Part shown: positions 1 through 10,305 of the stretch, in pieces
Numbering within the stretch: position 1 is the stretch's first letter
Layout: the number at the start of each line of letters is the position of its first letter
Assembly: GCA_000146045.2 (NCBI GenBank)
Contig: BK006945.2
Coordinates: 896,001 to 960,000, forward strand
Direction of reading: 5' to 3'
DNA from: TPA_inf: Saccharomyces
Lineage: Eukaryota
DNA length: 64,000 nucleotides
Program-made: the position numbers and the translations under genes
The notes under the pieces: model-generated
Seen by the model: the letters and a program-made list of their open reading frames with translations, nothing else
Database searches by the model: none
What the model was told of the DNA's origin: nothing

Positions 1-270
1 ATTAATCATTTTAAGGCCGTTTCAGAAGAAGATGAATATTCATCAGATATGATAAGGCTTGACCATGGTGCTAACAATAAATCACTTCTGCTTGGAAGTT
101 TTTTGGACGGTATTGACGAAGATAAACAAGAAATTGTCACACCAATCTCGCCCATGAATGAAGCTATTAACGAGGAGATGGAATCTCCCAACGATAATAG
201 TTCTGTCATATTAAAAGATAGTGGCAGTCTGCCATTCAACCGCAATGTATCCGATAAATTAAAAAAATAA
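1..270 (+). CDS. VAC14: 3' end of an upstream gene (partial; open from window start in frame 1, stop TAA at 268-270). By synteny this is probably the C-terminus of VAC14 (YLR386W).
   Basis: Frame 1 is open from nt 1 to the TAA at 268. Identity is inferred from position immediately upstream of REH1 (YLR387C) in the chr XII gene order, not from recognising the peptide itself. Confidence 0.5.
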   Translation: MNHFKAVSEEDEYSSDMIRLDHGANNKSLLLGSFLDGIDEDKQEIVTPISPMNEAINEEMESPNDNSSVILKDSGSLPFNRNVSDKLKK

Positions 271-373
271 CTACCCATTACCTGATTGAAAGCATCTTTG
301 GTTAAGAAATGGACCTGACATGCTACATAAATAGATACGTAAACAGATATTTAACCGAGACACATAAGATGAC

Positions 374-1672
374 CTATTGCAACAACTCATCCCTGTAATG
401 TGTTTGAAAGTTAACCCTTTTAATTTCGCGACGGATCTGCGTATTAATGGCATTTTTCTCCAATTGTTGCATTTTCTTCATACCCTTCTTATATTGCTTC
501 TCGGTAACACCACTGACCATCCTTCTATCAGCAGCTGTAATCGTTCTTCTGCTTTCGTTAGGGTTTGGCTGCGAAGGTAAATTTTGTCTATAGTACCTCT
601 GGCCCGCACGATGACCTAGCCTAGCGCCTGTTGGCAAGGTAAGTTCTAAACCAGATTCATCAATAGATACGGTGGTATAGTTTGCATTAATGTCATTTTC
701 GGATGAGACCAACGTGATATCTACCTCCCCATCTTCTTCATCATTTTTGGCCCCATAGACAGATGAAAGCTTGGAAGTAATTGCTCTGTCATTCTGAAGA
801 TTTTTGCTAATAGAGTGATCATCGTAAGTAAAATCGTAAAATGGGGCGAAAAGCTGACGCTCCTCCTTTGTTTCATATGGCAGCCTGCAATGACGCTTAG
901 AAGCCATATGCGCTCTTATACTTTCCAAACCGGAGCCATGAAAGTTACAACACAGACAGTTATGATCAATAACAATCATTTTTATTAAAAACTCTAGTAA
1001 ACCGTTTAGATCAATCAAATATGACCTTTCAGGTATGAAAAGACCATGCTCGCTAAACATATGTTTGACATTTCTTTCCACTTCTTTATTGTCTTTCCCG
1101 CAATATATACATTCCGTGATGGTAATCTTTTCATTTTCTTTATCACTTGGCTTATCCGCTATATCTAGTTCCTCATCACTAGTAGCATACTCATAATTAG
1201 AGTCACTAGTGAAACCGTATTCAGAGACAGTATCTTCACCATAATCTGTATTCGTGTTTTCTGTTCCTACTGTCAAATTAGATAATTGTGAAGATATTGA
1301 TCCAGAAGGGGACACCGATCTATTCTGTTTTTCTTTAGCAATATCCCTGTCTTTCCTCTTCAATAAGTTCGTACCAACTTTTCTTCCTCTCTTTGACTTG
1401 ATCGGTTTCTTCTGTTTCTGAGGCAAAGCGTTACTTTGGTTCATAACAGGCTTTAGAACAGGGAAACCAAACTCATCAACCTGATTTTCAGCTTGTTCCT
1501 TTTCTGAAATTTGCAATTTCTCAGCAAACTGTTCCGCACCAATTGGCGGCAGGTTGGCAATTCTTCTCTTTAAGTTGTACCTGTGCCATTCGGTCTTCAT
1601 GTGATATCTTTGCAAATCACTAGTCTTGAACTGAATAACACAACAGTTGCATGTAAAGAAAGTAGAGCTCAT
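374..1672 (-). CDS. REH1: REH1, a Rei1-like C2H2 zinc-finger protein (cytoplasmic pre-60S factor paralog), 432 aa
   Basis: 432-aa ORF with an N-terminal C2H2 finger (FTCNCCVIQFKTSDLQRYHMKTEWH) and C-terminal fingers (CIYCGKDNKE...HMFSEHG; CLCCNFHGSGLESIRAHMASKRH). Length and neighbours match YLR387C. Confidence 0.9.
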   Translation of the reverse strand: MSSTFFTCNCCVIQFKTSDLQRYHMKTEWHRYNLKRRIANLPPIGAEQFAEKLQISEKEQAENQVDEFGFPVLKPVMNQSNALPQKQKKPIKSKRGRKVGTNLLKRKDRDIAKEKQNRSVSPSGSISSQLSNLTVGTENTNTDYGEDTVSEYGFTSDSNYEYATSDEELDIADKPSDKENEKITITECIYCGKDNKEVERNVKHMFSEHGLFIPERSYLIDLNGLLEFLIKMIVIDHNCLCCNFHGSGLESIRAHMASKRHCRLPYETKEERQLFAPFYDFTYDDHSISKNLQNDRAITSKLSSVYGAKNDEEDGEVDITLVSSENDINANYTTVSIDESGLELTLPTGARLGHRAGQRYYRQNLPSQPNPNESRRTITAADRRMVSGVTEKQYKKGMKKMQQLEKNAINTQIRREIKRVNFQTHYRDELLQ

Positions 1673-2650
1673 CTTTCAAAATGTAAATTCTGCTGTTTTT
1701 AAGCTGCTATAACCCAATAATGATAAGGTGATTGTAAGATGAATTGTACAACTGTGTTGCCACCGTCTTGTGACTATTGCATATGACTAAGTCGTTTTAT
1801 TCTCTTTCGTGAGTGGCAATTTTGAAGAAACGACCCAAAAAAAAAGGACAGAATTCTACAACACCTGTACCTCCAAAAAACCCATTTCTTTTCTGTTTTT
1901 ACTGAATTGTAATTCGCGCTTGTCTATTCGTCATTCTGAAAAATTTCACGCAAAACAACTGATGACAGATCTTGACCATAGCATAGCATGAAGGTGCAGG
2001 AACATGAGGCAGGAGCACCCTACGGGGCACCGCGAAAATAGCTGTGTGAAAGTGCTATGCGATACACATATAATTAATGGTTATTAGATGCGCGCATTTA
2101 ACATTTTCCCTAACTCAAGTAATAGCTGAAATACCACGAACAAAAGTGTAAATTAGGGTATGTACCAAGTTCTATTCGAATTTAAAGGTTATGAGGTACA
2201 GGAAGGCTGAAAAATGAAAACTTCGAGATGAAATAATCCACGTCGAAAGTAATGCTGAAAACACAAGTAGCTCTGGATTCAAATCATAAGGACGTACAGA
2301 AGTGTTGCTGACAAATCGCTTCTTTTTGATATTAGAATTTCATTCAATGAACAACGGATTGAAGAATTGTCGTGTCGACAGGATTGTACATTTTACCAGG
2401 ACTGAGGAATGAATTCAACGGCTTTGCCGAACAAATCACGGCATAACCTGCAGAATAACATAACAACATAGCGCTTATTATCATTGCGTATGCTGGCTGA
2501 AACGAACCTTTCACTGAATCAGCTCATATCGCATGGACGGAATAACAGGTATAAAAAATCCACGAGTTATCAACCTCATTCTCTTTAAAATTGGAATCCA
2601 ATCAACCGAATTCATTTGTACTAACAACGTTTCCTATTATTGCAGATAAA

Positions 2651-2821
2651 ATGGCTCACGAAAACGTCTGGTTCTCTCACCCAAGAAGATACGGTAAAGG
2701 CTCCCGTCAATGTCGTGTTTGTTCTTCCCACACCGGTTTGATCAGAAAGTACGGCTTAAACATCTGTCGTCAATGTTTCAGAGAAAAAGCTAACGACATT
2801 GGTTTCAACAAATTCAGATAA
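2651..2821 (+). CDS. RPS29A: Ribosomal protein S29 (RPS29A), 56 aa
   Basis: [56 protein letters not shown] is eS29/uS14 with a CxxC...CxxC zinc knuckle. The tracked ORF 2591..2821 is only an in-frame read-through upstream of the true ATG at 2651. Confidence 0.9.
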
Positions 2822-3576
2822 GCCATCATAAATAAACAATGACGAATATATAAATACTATATGTATACATATATCAAACTGCCTTTGTACTTTTTATGGT
2901 CCTATTGCTCCCCGAATCTTTAGATCCTATATGTGCTCTTGAGTATCGTTGGAGGATTCGTCAACTCGAGGTACGAGATATGCTTTGTCTCTTCCTTGTA
3001 TTCGCTTGCTGATATTCCGTACCCTAGATTTCTTACTTTCGAAATACATTACCCGGATCAATTCCATTATTTTCGCCTTTCAAAAAATTTCCCGGTTGTA
3101 TAAAAAGGCAGGACTTCGACAGTCAACAACAATTTTGAGTATATTTACCACATTTTTTCTGATTTTTTTTTAAGAGGGTGAATCAAAAATTTATTTTTTA
3201 CACGGAAACGATGCCACAGTTGACTGAACCTGTCTTCTAACAGTAGTTAATTGCCAGTATTTCAAACAAGATTTGAAATACGAGTTTCCCAGAATAATTT
3301 ATTTGGACAGGATAGGAAGTCCGATTTCTGTGTTGTCTCAAACGAGGCGATAGAATTGGGATGTCGAAGAAAGTCTACATTACTCATATATTTACGTACT
3401 GTCTCTTGCAGGTAAAAAGTCTTGAAGATCAGTTTCAATATTGAAACTAACAAATTTAGTTAGTTTCTGTACTTAGTCCGAGGTATGTATGCTAAGATTA
3501 GAGGATGGTAAAAAAATCAGCTATGAAAATACATGTACGTACGTTGTCGTGCAACACAACCCCTTCACTTTCTATT

Positions 3577-6500
3577 TCACTCTGATTCAGAACTATTATT
3601 CAGCTTAGGAGGCGCGGAAATCTCGAAGTCTTTCATTGGTTGACGAACGGGAGCTACAAACAGCGTCGACTTGAATGCCCCGACATCTTCGATCAACTGG
3701 CCAGTTGGATACTTAGCGGTGTCCAATTCATTTTCATTGAGCTCTTTGTTTTCCACTTGAGATTTCAAATGTAGAATCAACTTCGATGCGTTCTCGCTCA
3801 TTATATAATTCTCATAAAAATCTATCATTTGCTGCTTTGTAATGTTAGCAACGAGCTTAGCCTTTTTTTGACGATGTGTGAAATTGTAATCACCTAAGTA
3901 AATTGCTGCTGTGTATCTGGCGCTTTCCTCGGCCATATTCTTGAATTTTTGCAATAGACTGTTGCATAACGCCTCTTTGTGTTTTTCAAAGTCCTCTTCT
4001 GGCATATCCCTCAAAACCTGGCCAAAAGTTTCATAAAAATTGTTTATTCTCCATTCTAGATATGGCGTGGTATGTTCTGACTGAATCAAGATCCTAATGT
4101 TCGCTGTACCGTGATTGTTCAAACTCGAACTAAAAACAACGTAGCCCAATTGCTCTTTTGTTCTTAAGGTATCAAAACATGGCTCGTGAATCAATTGCGC
4201 AAATAATCCGCTGAGGGCAGATAGGTCTTCTGAATAGACATCTAGCTGGGTGACATGTTGAATACATGAGTTAACATTCTGGGAGTCTTTCAAAGCAGTT
4301 TCATATCTGAAAGTTTTGCCTTTAGGAAGTAAGTAGGATCTCAACCGGTTGTTAGAAACCTGCAGATTATGAATGTTGTTTGGAATCAAAGACTTGATCA
4401 GAGAATCCACCTCCAATGCTTCTTCATGTTTTATGTTTCCGTGGATTAAAGTTTCAAAATAAACGCCTTCGTAAATGGTGGGTATGAAGTTGATCAATTG
4501 TTCAAAGGTCAATTTTTCAAAGACTTGTAATTTTTCTGCAGTTGACCAAGAACGTTCATTTATTATAGCATTGTAGTAATTCGACATTTGTGAATAAGGA
4601 ACTTCATATAAAAGGTTTTTCAAGTGACGTATGGTCTTATCTTTCAAAATCTCAAAACGATCCTTCTTAGGTTCGAATGAATTAACGCCTTGTAAAAACC
4701 TTGTTAATAGAATGATCAATTTTTCGTTGAACCCAGACGCGGTAATGGCGAGGCCTTGATTAGTTTTATTGAATGATATACGAAGATCGGCACAAGCAGC
4801 ATCATATTGTACATCTTTCAAGGCATCGTTGGCCAGCTGAGTGTATAGCGTAGAAAGCATACTATTAATGATGCTTGCATGCGTATGTGGAAGTTTAAAA
4901 GACAAGTAAATGTAGCCTCGTGGTTGCCAGAATCGGTCGTCCTTCTTGTACCATAATTTGCTGACGTCATCGGATAATAACAAAACAGGTTCATCTAATG
5001 GTTTTATACCGTCAATTTTATCAACCTTGAAATTTGTTGAAACGAATTCATTTGGACGTGGCAAAGTCAGAGCAGGGTTCAAACCTGGCGATTTCATGTT
5101 TTTTATTAAATCTGCCGGATAATCTACCACTTTATACGCAGTACCATACCATTTTTCAGCAGAATCTGTTTCTAAACTCCTTGAGATCAGAGTAACACGA
5201 GAATTTTCCGGGACCAGAGCGTCCGTATATTGGGTAAGCAAATCAGGTTCATATTTCGTTAACAAACCCATGGCTAAAATTCTGCTAACAGGAATGTAAT
5301 CCTTTTCCAAGCATTTTGCCAATGATGAAACTGTGGAAGATGGGCTACCAGCTTGCTTAAACTTGAAGGTAGCATTAGAGATATCTTGCAGTTCATTGAA
5401 TATCCATTTTTGAGGTAGTGAGTTTTTCAACATTTCAATATACTGGAAGATCAAGACAATAACATCGCGATAGTGTGTCAACCCGTTGTCTGTTAAATCT
5501 ATATCGACAGCAAAAAAAGCATTTCCTTTGGACACAGTATGCCCACCAGCAGATAGCTCATTGGCCCAGCCCAATTTTTTCAAATGTGCTAGTAATGAAC
5601 CGGACCCTTCATGGCCGATTAAATGACTTAATATCCTCGGTGGCTTGGACTCCCAATGTTCCTCCATATCAGGGACAGTGAAAGAGATTTCTAGTTTTTT
5701 CAAATCTTTCACAGGACGGACTTGAATTATTTTTTGCAAATGCTCAGGCTGCATAATAGGTTCCGCATAAAGGGGTACTTCACGACCGTTATTGGCTACA
5801 TCCTTGAAGAGATCATAAGTCCAATCAGAGAGAGTATCAAGGTCTTCTCTACCAAGAATACATAGCTTCATTAGGTTAGCGGAGTAAAAATTCTTATGGA
5901 ATTTTAACAGTTCATCTCTAACATTTAGTCCATTTTCCTTTGGCAATGTGCCCAAAGTTTCGATGTTTCCTGTAGAAAATTTGTGATATGGATGTTTTGT
6001 ATTGGTCAAAGACTTGTCTAATTGGTAAATTCTCCAAATATCATTCTGTAAGTTCTTTTTGTTTTCGCTGTTAACGGCGTTGATCTCTTTATCAGTAGAG
6101 TCCTTGTTGAAAAGAGGACAAGAGAAAAACCCTGAAAACCTGTCTAGCGCACCAAATAAATGTTGGTGATTAACCTCAAAAAAATAATTTGTGTTTTGCG
6201 ATGCTGTGTAGGCATTGGATGAACCACCGTGCTTGCTTAAATAGCTCGAGTATTCGTTTTCGTCTGGAAATTTCTCAGAGCCCATGAATAAAAGATGCTC
6301 GCAGAAATGCGCCAATCCAGGTAGGTTCTTTGGATCTTCAAAGGCGCCAATATTGACGTCTAGCGACGCTGCTGCTTTATCTGCTTTTGGGTCCTGGATC
6401 AACAGAGCCTTCAGCTTATTAGGTAGCTCAATAAACCGATACGATCTTTCGTCTAAATCCGGCTTTAAAAAGTCCAGATTGAATGTCTTAAAATTGGATG

Positions 6501-6660
6501 TCATATTATAAGGATTTGTTGTGTAATAGCGTGATAAGCACGTGAATGGCTTGAAGCGTCTTACGGTGAAATTGAGACTGATAGGTGAGAGGTGAACCAA
6601 TTGAGTGAGGAGTGGTTTAGTTACAAATGCAGAAGAAGAAGCTAAAAGAGATACGCCCAT
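3577..6660 (-). CDS. STE23: STE23, an M16A insulin-degrading-enzyme-like metalloprotease (a-factor processing), 1027 aa from the ATG at 6660
   Basis: Inverzincin motif HFCEHLLFMGSEKFPDENEY (HxxEH). The ORF is open up to the ATG at 6732 (1051 aa); further in-frame ATGs lie at 6660 (1027 aa, the form I recall as annotated) and 6504. Confidence 0.88.
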   Translation of the reverse strand: MGVSLLASSSAFVTKPLLTQLVHLSPISLNFTVRRFKPFTCLSRYYTTNPYNMTSNFKTFNLDFLKPDLDERSYRFIELPNKLKALLIQDPKADKAAASLDVNIGAFEDPKNLPGLAHFCEHLLFMGSEKFPDENEYSSYLSKHGGSSNAYTASQNTNYFFEVNHQHLFGALDRFSGFFSCPLFNKDSTDKEINAVNSENKKNLQNDIWRIYQLDKSLTNTKHPYHKFSTGNIETLGTLPKENGLNVRDELLKFHKNFYSANLMKLCILGREDLDTLSDWTYDLFKDVANNGREVPLYAEPIMQPEHLQKIIQVRPVKDLKKLEISFTVPDMEEHWESKPPRILSHLIGHEGSGSLLAHLKKLGWANELSAGGHTVSKGNAFFAVDIDLTDNGLTHYRDVIVLIFQYIEMLKNSLPQKWIFNELQDISNATFKFKQAGSPSSTVSSLAKCLEKDYIPVSRILAMGLLTKYEPDLLTQYTDALVPENSRVTLISRSLETDSAEKWYGTAYKVVDYPADLIKNMKSPGLNPALTLPRPNEFVSTNFKVDKIDGIKPLDEPVLLLSDDVSKLWYKKDDRFWQPRGYIYLSFKLPHTHASIINSMLSTLYTQLANDALKDVQYDAACADLRISFNKTNQGLAITASGFNEKLIILLTRFLQGVNSFEPKKDRFEILKDKTIRHLKNLLYEVPYSQMSNYYNAIINERSWSTAEKLQVFEKLTFEQLINFIPTIYEGVYFETLIHGNIKHEEALEVDSLIKSLIPNNIHNLQVSNNRLRSYLLPKGKTFRYETALKDSQNVNSCIQHVTQLDVYSEDLSALSGLFAQLIHEPCFDTLRTKEQLGYVVFSSSLNNHGTANIRILIQSEHTTPYLEWRINNFYETFGQVLRDMPEEDFEKHKEALCNSLLQKFKNMAEESARYTAAIYLGDYNFTHRQKKAKLVANITKQQMIDFYENYIMSENASKLILHLKSQVENKELNENELDTAKYPTGQLIEDVGAFKSTLFVAPVRQPMKDFEISAPPKLNNSSESE

Positions 6661-7065
6661 ACAGAGCAATATCAAAATGAGCAAGAATGAGGTCTTCCGA
6701 ATGGTTGGTTCTGACTTACTATTTGATTTCACTTTCTCTGATTCATTCAGGAAGAAAAGGGCGAAGTCCTCGAAATGAAAATTTCAACATCATTAACAGA
6801 CCGGCGCGCGCCTTTACAATTTAGTATGTACGCCACCAATAAAAGCTGCTTAAACAATAAGCTAGAAAGCCCAAAGGGTGTTAAATAGTACAGCGAACCC
6901 TTCAGCAACGGTACATCAACAACCCCTTGAAAAGAATAGAGACAATACAGCTACAGTCATCCCCTTCTCTTGTATTTTTGGCCACAATTGATTGTATTAC
7001 ATCATATTTTGCCTGTGCGCTTCTTCTATCTTTTCCGCATAAACTAGGGGAAACGCGATGAAGAA

Positions 7066-7404
7066 ATGGATTGGCTGAAAAATACAACAATTGTAGTGTT
7101 ATTCAGTCATTCAACTGACAAAAGTAACAAACACAAGAAACGTCAAGTCCAGTGCAATATGCGAAAGAACACTTTAGATATGGTCACTATAGGTATCGCA
7201 TGCCTTGTGGGAGTCTACACGGGCACGAGATTTTTCGAGCCCATTGTTATCGATAGATTGCGTAAGGATGGAAACTTGAGAACGGACATTCCCATCCCAG
7301 AATACGACGAGGACGGAAATCTGTTAAAGGTCACGCCGTCTTTATCATCCACACCAGCTGCACCACCTACACCACCTACACCTCCTACTCCACCACAACA
7401 GTAA
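7066..7404 (+). CDS. ECM19: ECM19, a small protein with C-terminal TPP repeats, 112 aa
   Basis: 112-aa ORF MDWLKNTTIVVLF... ending in a TPPTPPTPPTPPQQ repeat. Length and position match YLR390W. Confidence 0.8.
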   Translation: MDWLKNTTIVVLFSHSTDKSNKHKKRQVQCNMRKNTLDMVTIGIACLVGVYTGTRFFEPIVIDRLRKDGNLRTDIPIPEYDEDGNLLKVTPSLSSTPAAPPTPPTPPTPPQQ

Positions 7405-7723
7405 GGAAGCGTACTAGAAAATACCTCTATACTTTCTTTTCCTGTATATAGCATCAATAGTAAAGCCATTATAACGTTACAAAAACCTATTACCCGGAAA
7501 ATTACTATTTATAGAAGCATTGGACCCATGCACCACATGCATTAGGACCCATTATTTCTTTTTTACAATTTTTCCGTTAATTTTTCACGAATTTTTCACC
7601 GTTTATAAACACTCTCGAACTTATAAACAAAGGGATGATAAATAGATTTCGCCAGTTGTTAATACACACAGGGTCAAAGCTCACAGCACTACTACACTCG
7701 TTCAACACTCGTTATATATTATC

Positions 7724-8440
7724 ATGCGTGCCACCACTTTATTATCTTCAGTCGTTTCTTTGGCATTGTTGTCGAAGGAAGTCTTAGCAACACCTCCAGC
7801 TTGTTTATTGGCCTGTGTTGCGCAAGTCGGCAAATCCTCTTCCACATGTGACTCTTTGAATCAAGTCACCTGTTACTGTGAACACGAAAACTCCGCCGTC
7901 AAGAAATGTCTAGACTCCATCTGCCCAAACAATGACGCTGATGCTGCTTATTCTGCTTTCAAGAGTTCTTGTTCCGAACAAAATGCTTCATTGGGCGATT
8001 CCAGCAGCAGTGCCTCCTCATCCGCTTCTTCATCCAGCAAGGCCTCTTCTTCTACCAAGGCTTCTTCCAGTAGCGCTTCCTCCTCTACCAAGGCTTCTTC
8101 CAGTAGCGCTTCCTCCTCTACTAAAGCTTCTTCCAGCAGCGCTGCCCCATCTTCTAGCAAGGCTTCTTCCACCGAATCCTCTTCTTCCTCTTCTTCTTCC
8201 ACCAAGGCTCCTTCCAGTGAAGAATCCTCTTCCACTTATGTCTCTTCGAGCAAGCAAGCTTCCTCCACTAGCGAGGCTCACTCTTCCAGTGCTGCCTCTT
8301 CGACCGTGTCCCAAGAAACAGTCTCCTCTGCTCTACCAACTTCTACCGCCGTTATTTCTACTTTCTCTGAAGGTTCTGGTAATGTTCTAGAGGCAGGAAA
8401 ATCCGTTTTCATTGCTGCTGTTGCCGCTATGTTAATCTAA
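7724..8440 (+). CDS. CCW14: CCW14/SSR1, a covalently linked, GPI-type cell wall glycoprotein with a CFEM domain, 238 aa
   Basis: N-terminal signal peptide, 8-Cys CFEM-like domain (PACLLACVAQV...CYCEH...CLDSICP), a long Ser/Thr/Ala-rich repeat region and a hydrophobic C-terminal GPI-attachment tail. 238 aa. Confidence 0.9.
   Translation: MRATTLLSSVVSLALLSKEVLATPPACLLACVAQVGKSSSTCDSLNQVTCYCEHENSAVKKCLDSICPNNDADAAYSAFKSSCSEQNASLGDSSSSASSSASSSSKASSSTKASSSSASSSTKASSSSASSSTKASSSSAAPSSSKASSTESSSSSSSSTKAPSSEESSSTYVSSSKQASSTSEAHSSSAASSTVSQETVSSALPTSTAVISTFSEGSGNVLEAGKSVFIAAVAAMLI
8054..8152 (+). repeat. 33-bp coding minisatellite inside CCW14: two perfect copies and one diverged copy, 11 aa per unit (TKASSSSASSS)
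   Basis: ACCAAGGCTTCTTCCAGTAGCGCTTCCTCCTCT at 8054-8086 is repeated exactly at 8087-8119, with a diverged third copy at 8120-8152. It is embedded in a roughly 300-bp poly-Ser tract. Confidence 0.85.
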
Positions 8441-8748
8441 TTATCTATCACTTTATTTCTAATGGGTTAAGGTATCTATCTTTTATATTTCTTATTTCCT
8501 CTTCTTATATGATGCGGATGATTTTATTTCTTCAAAAAACATTTTAAAACTCCTCTTTATTTCGTTATGTTCCAGTTCACTACGACTTCTTTTCTCTTAA
8601 AGAGCAAATAAAAGTATATAAATCTATATTAAATGAAAATCAAAAAAATATTTTTTCGATCAGCTCCTTGTTCTTTTCATTTCAAAGTTTTTTACATTGT
8701 TACACATGTGCATGAATATATATGTTTGCAGAATATTTTTGGCGACGC

Positions 8749-10305
8749 TTAACTCGCCATTTCAGTATATGTCGGTGGCGGTACATATCTGGGCAGAGCT
8801 TCAGCTTCAACGTGCTCTCTAACTTGACAAAAGATCTGAACAGGATCAATGTTTACTTCAGATTGCTTCCTAATTCCATTGATTCCCCATTCTATCAGTA
8901 GCTGTAAACTGAATGTTCTTTTTATCGTGCATGTCTTGAAACTATACAACCTATTGCCGCGATGTCTATAGTCTTCTTCATTAAATACCAACTTTCTTAA
9001 AATGGGGTGATCCTTTAACCGTAATTCACATTCAAACATAGAACCATCAAAATTTTCTCGTATTTCGTTTAAGTCCAAAAGAGGTTTATTGGATTTGAGC
9101 TGATTCAAATCAATCTCGATTAGCTTCAAAGAAGAGTAATTGCCGTTCGCTATTCCCTGAGATAAATATGTTGTAGTCTCTAGCAAGTTCAGTTGTAGTT
9201 TAAGTGGGGTAATTTGCATTTTGCTCAAACTTGCTATATTCCCCTCCATGACTACATAGACCTTGTCAAAATTTTGGCTGCCAGACCTAAACAAGTAGTC
9301 TTTCCTGTATATTTGCTTCAAATCTCGACTTCTAACCTCTATTCTCATATTGCTTTCCCCATCAGGCAACCCCATTTTATAAGTAGATGGGAAAACTTTC
9401 ATACCATTTACTAGGCGAGTAGATTGTCTTGTTGATGTGACTGATGATACCGGTCTCGATCTAATGTCGCCGTTTTCTATCAATATAGAATTAGCTTGAG
9501 AAAAGTTCCTGTCACTTTTTATATATCCGACTCCATTAACGACTTTGACGTCCTTTGATGGCACCTTTAAATTTGAACTATTGAAAAATTCATTGTTGGT
9601 GACCATACTATTTCCTCTACTATTGTTACTGAAGGCATTAAGTTCTTCATTGTCATCTTCATCAGGTTCTATAATAAGATCTTTTGGCTCAGGTATAAAT
9701 TCGAACGTCTCGATTTCCCTTATCAGTTTATGGAATGGCTTAAACCAAGATGAAGATTTCCCTAGCTCTAATTGAACTTGCACCATATATATAACTTTTC
9801 CAAAAGAGTAAAAATACAAATCCAGATTATCGATTTTATTAAATTCTTGCCAATGACTATTGAACGTAGGTGGGAGTCGGGCATTACTTCTTGTCACAAA
9901 CGCTACTGTCTTTGCCGTATGATTTTTCAGACATTCAGGCTTTCTGGGAAACTTGTCAAATTGAAAGCTATAATTATATGAACCTGGTTTAACTTTGAAC
10001 GGCTTGGAGGAGCCATCAAGAGCATTCCATACATTATCTGGAGGGAAAACTCTCTGTTCGAATTTCATTAATGTATGAAAGGATTTGTTGTCTTGGCCCG
10101 GCATCATCATGCCATTCTGTTGAAACATGTACTCTTGATCAATTTTTGTTAAGGTCTCTGAGAATCCTTTTAGAATGACGGAAATTTTCCTTATAGATAG
10201 CGCTTTTGTTAACTGAAGACTAACTATCCCTGACATTTGATCATTAGAGCTATAAAACTCCCCGTTGTACGGTGGGTTTAAGGATATTGAAATTTTTGGA
10301 GCCAT
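8749..10305 (-). CDS. ART10: ART10, an arrestin-related trafficking adaptor, 518 aa
   Basis: 518-aa ORF with a PPxY-type motif near the C-terminus (VPPPTYTEMAS). Length and position match YLR392C. Confidence 0.85.
   Translation of the reverse strand: MAPKISISLNPPYNGEFYSSNDQMSGIVSLQLTKALSIRKISVILKGFSETLTKIDQEYMFQQNGMMMPGQDNKSFHTLMKFEQRVFPPDNVWNALDGSSKPFKVKPGSYNYSFQFDKFPRKPECLKNHTAKTVAFVTRSNARLPPTFNSHWQEFNKIDNLDLYFYSFGKVIYMVQVQLELGKSSSWFKPFHKLIREIETFEFIPEPKDLIIEPDEDDNEELNAFSNNSRGNSMVTNNEFFNSSNLKVPSKDVKVVNGVGYIKSDRNFSQANSILIENGDIRSRPVSSVTSTRQSTRLVNGMKVFPSTYKMGLPDGESNMRIEVRSRDLKQIYRKDYLFRSGSQNFDKVYVVMEGNIASLSKMQITPLKLQLNLLETTTYLSQGIANGNYSSLKLIEIDLNQLKSNKPLLDLNEIRENFDGSMFECELRLKDHPILRKLVFNEEDYRHRGNRLYSFKTCTIKRTFSLQLLIEWGINGIRKQSEVNIDPVQIFCQVREHVEAEALPRYVPPPTYTEMAS

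Noticed and set aside
2591-2650. 20-codon N-terminal extension of the RPS29A ORF ([20 protein letters not shown])
   Set aside because: eS29 begins MAHENVWF..., and the extension overlaps the TACTAAC/polypyrimidine/CAG leader. The upstream ATG is an in-frame coincidence.
7932-8390. Three long ORFs (152 aa +, 95 aa -, 94 aa -) overlapping the CCW14 Ser-rich repeat, with Pro/Leu-rich, Glu/Ala/Leu-rich and Arg/Gly-rich translations
   Set aside because: They are alternative-frame and antisense read-throughs of the GC-skewed minisatellite. Repeat DNA lacks stops in several frames. The CCW14 frame has the signal peptide, CFEM domain and GPI tail.
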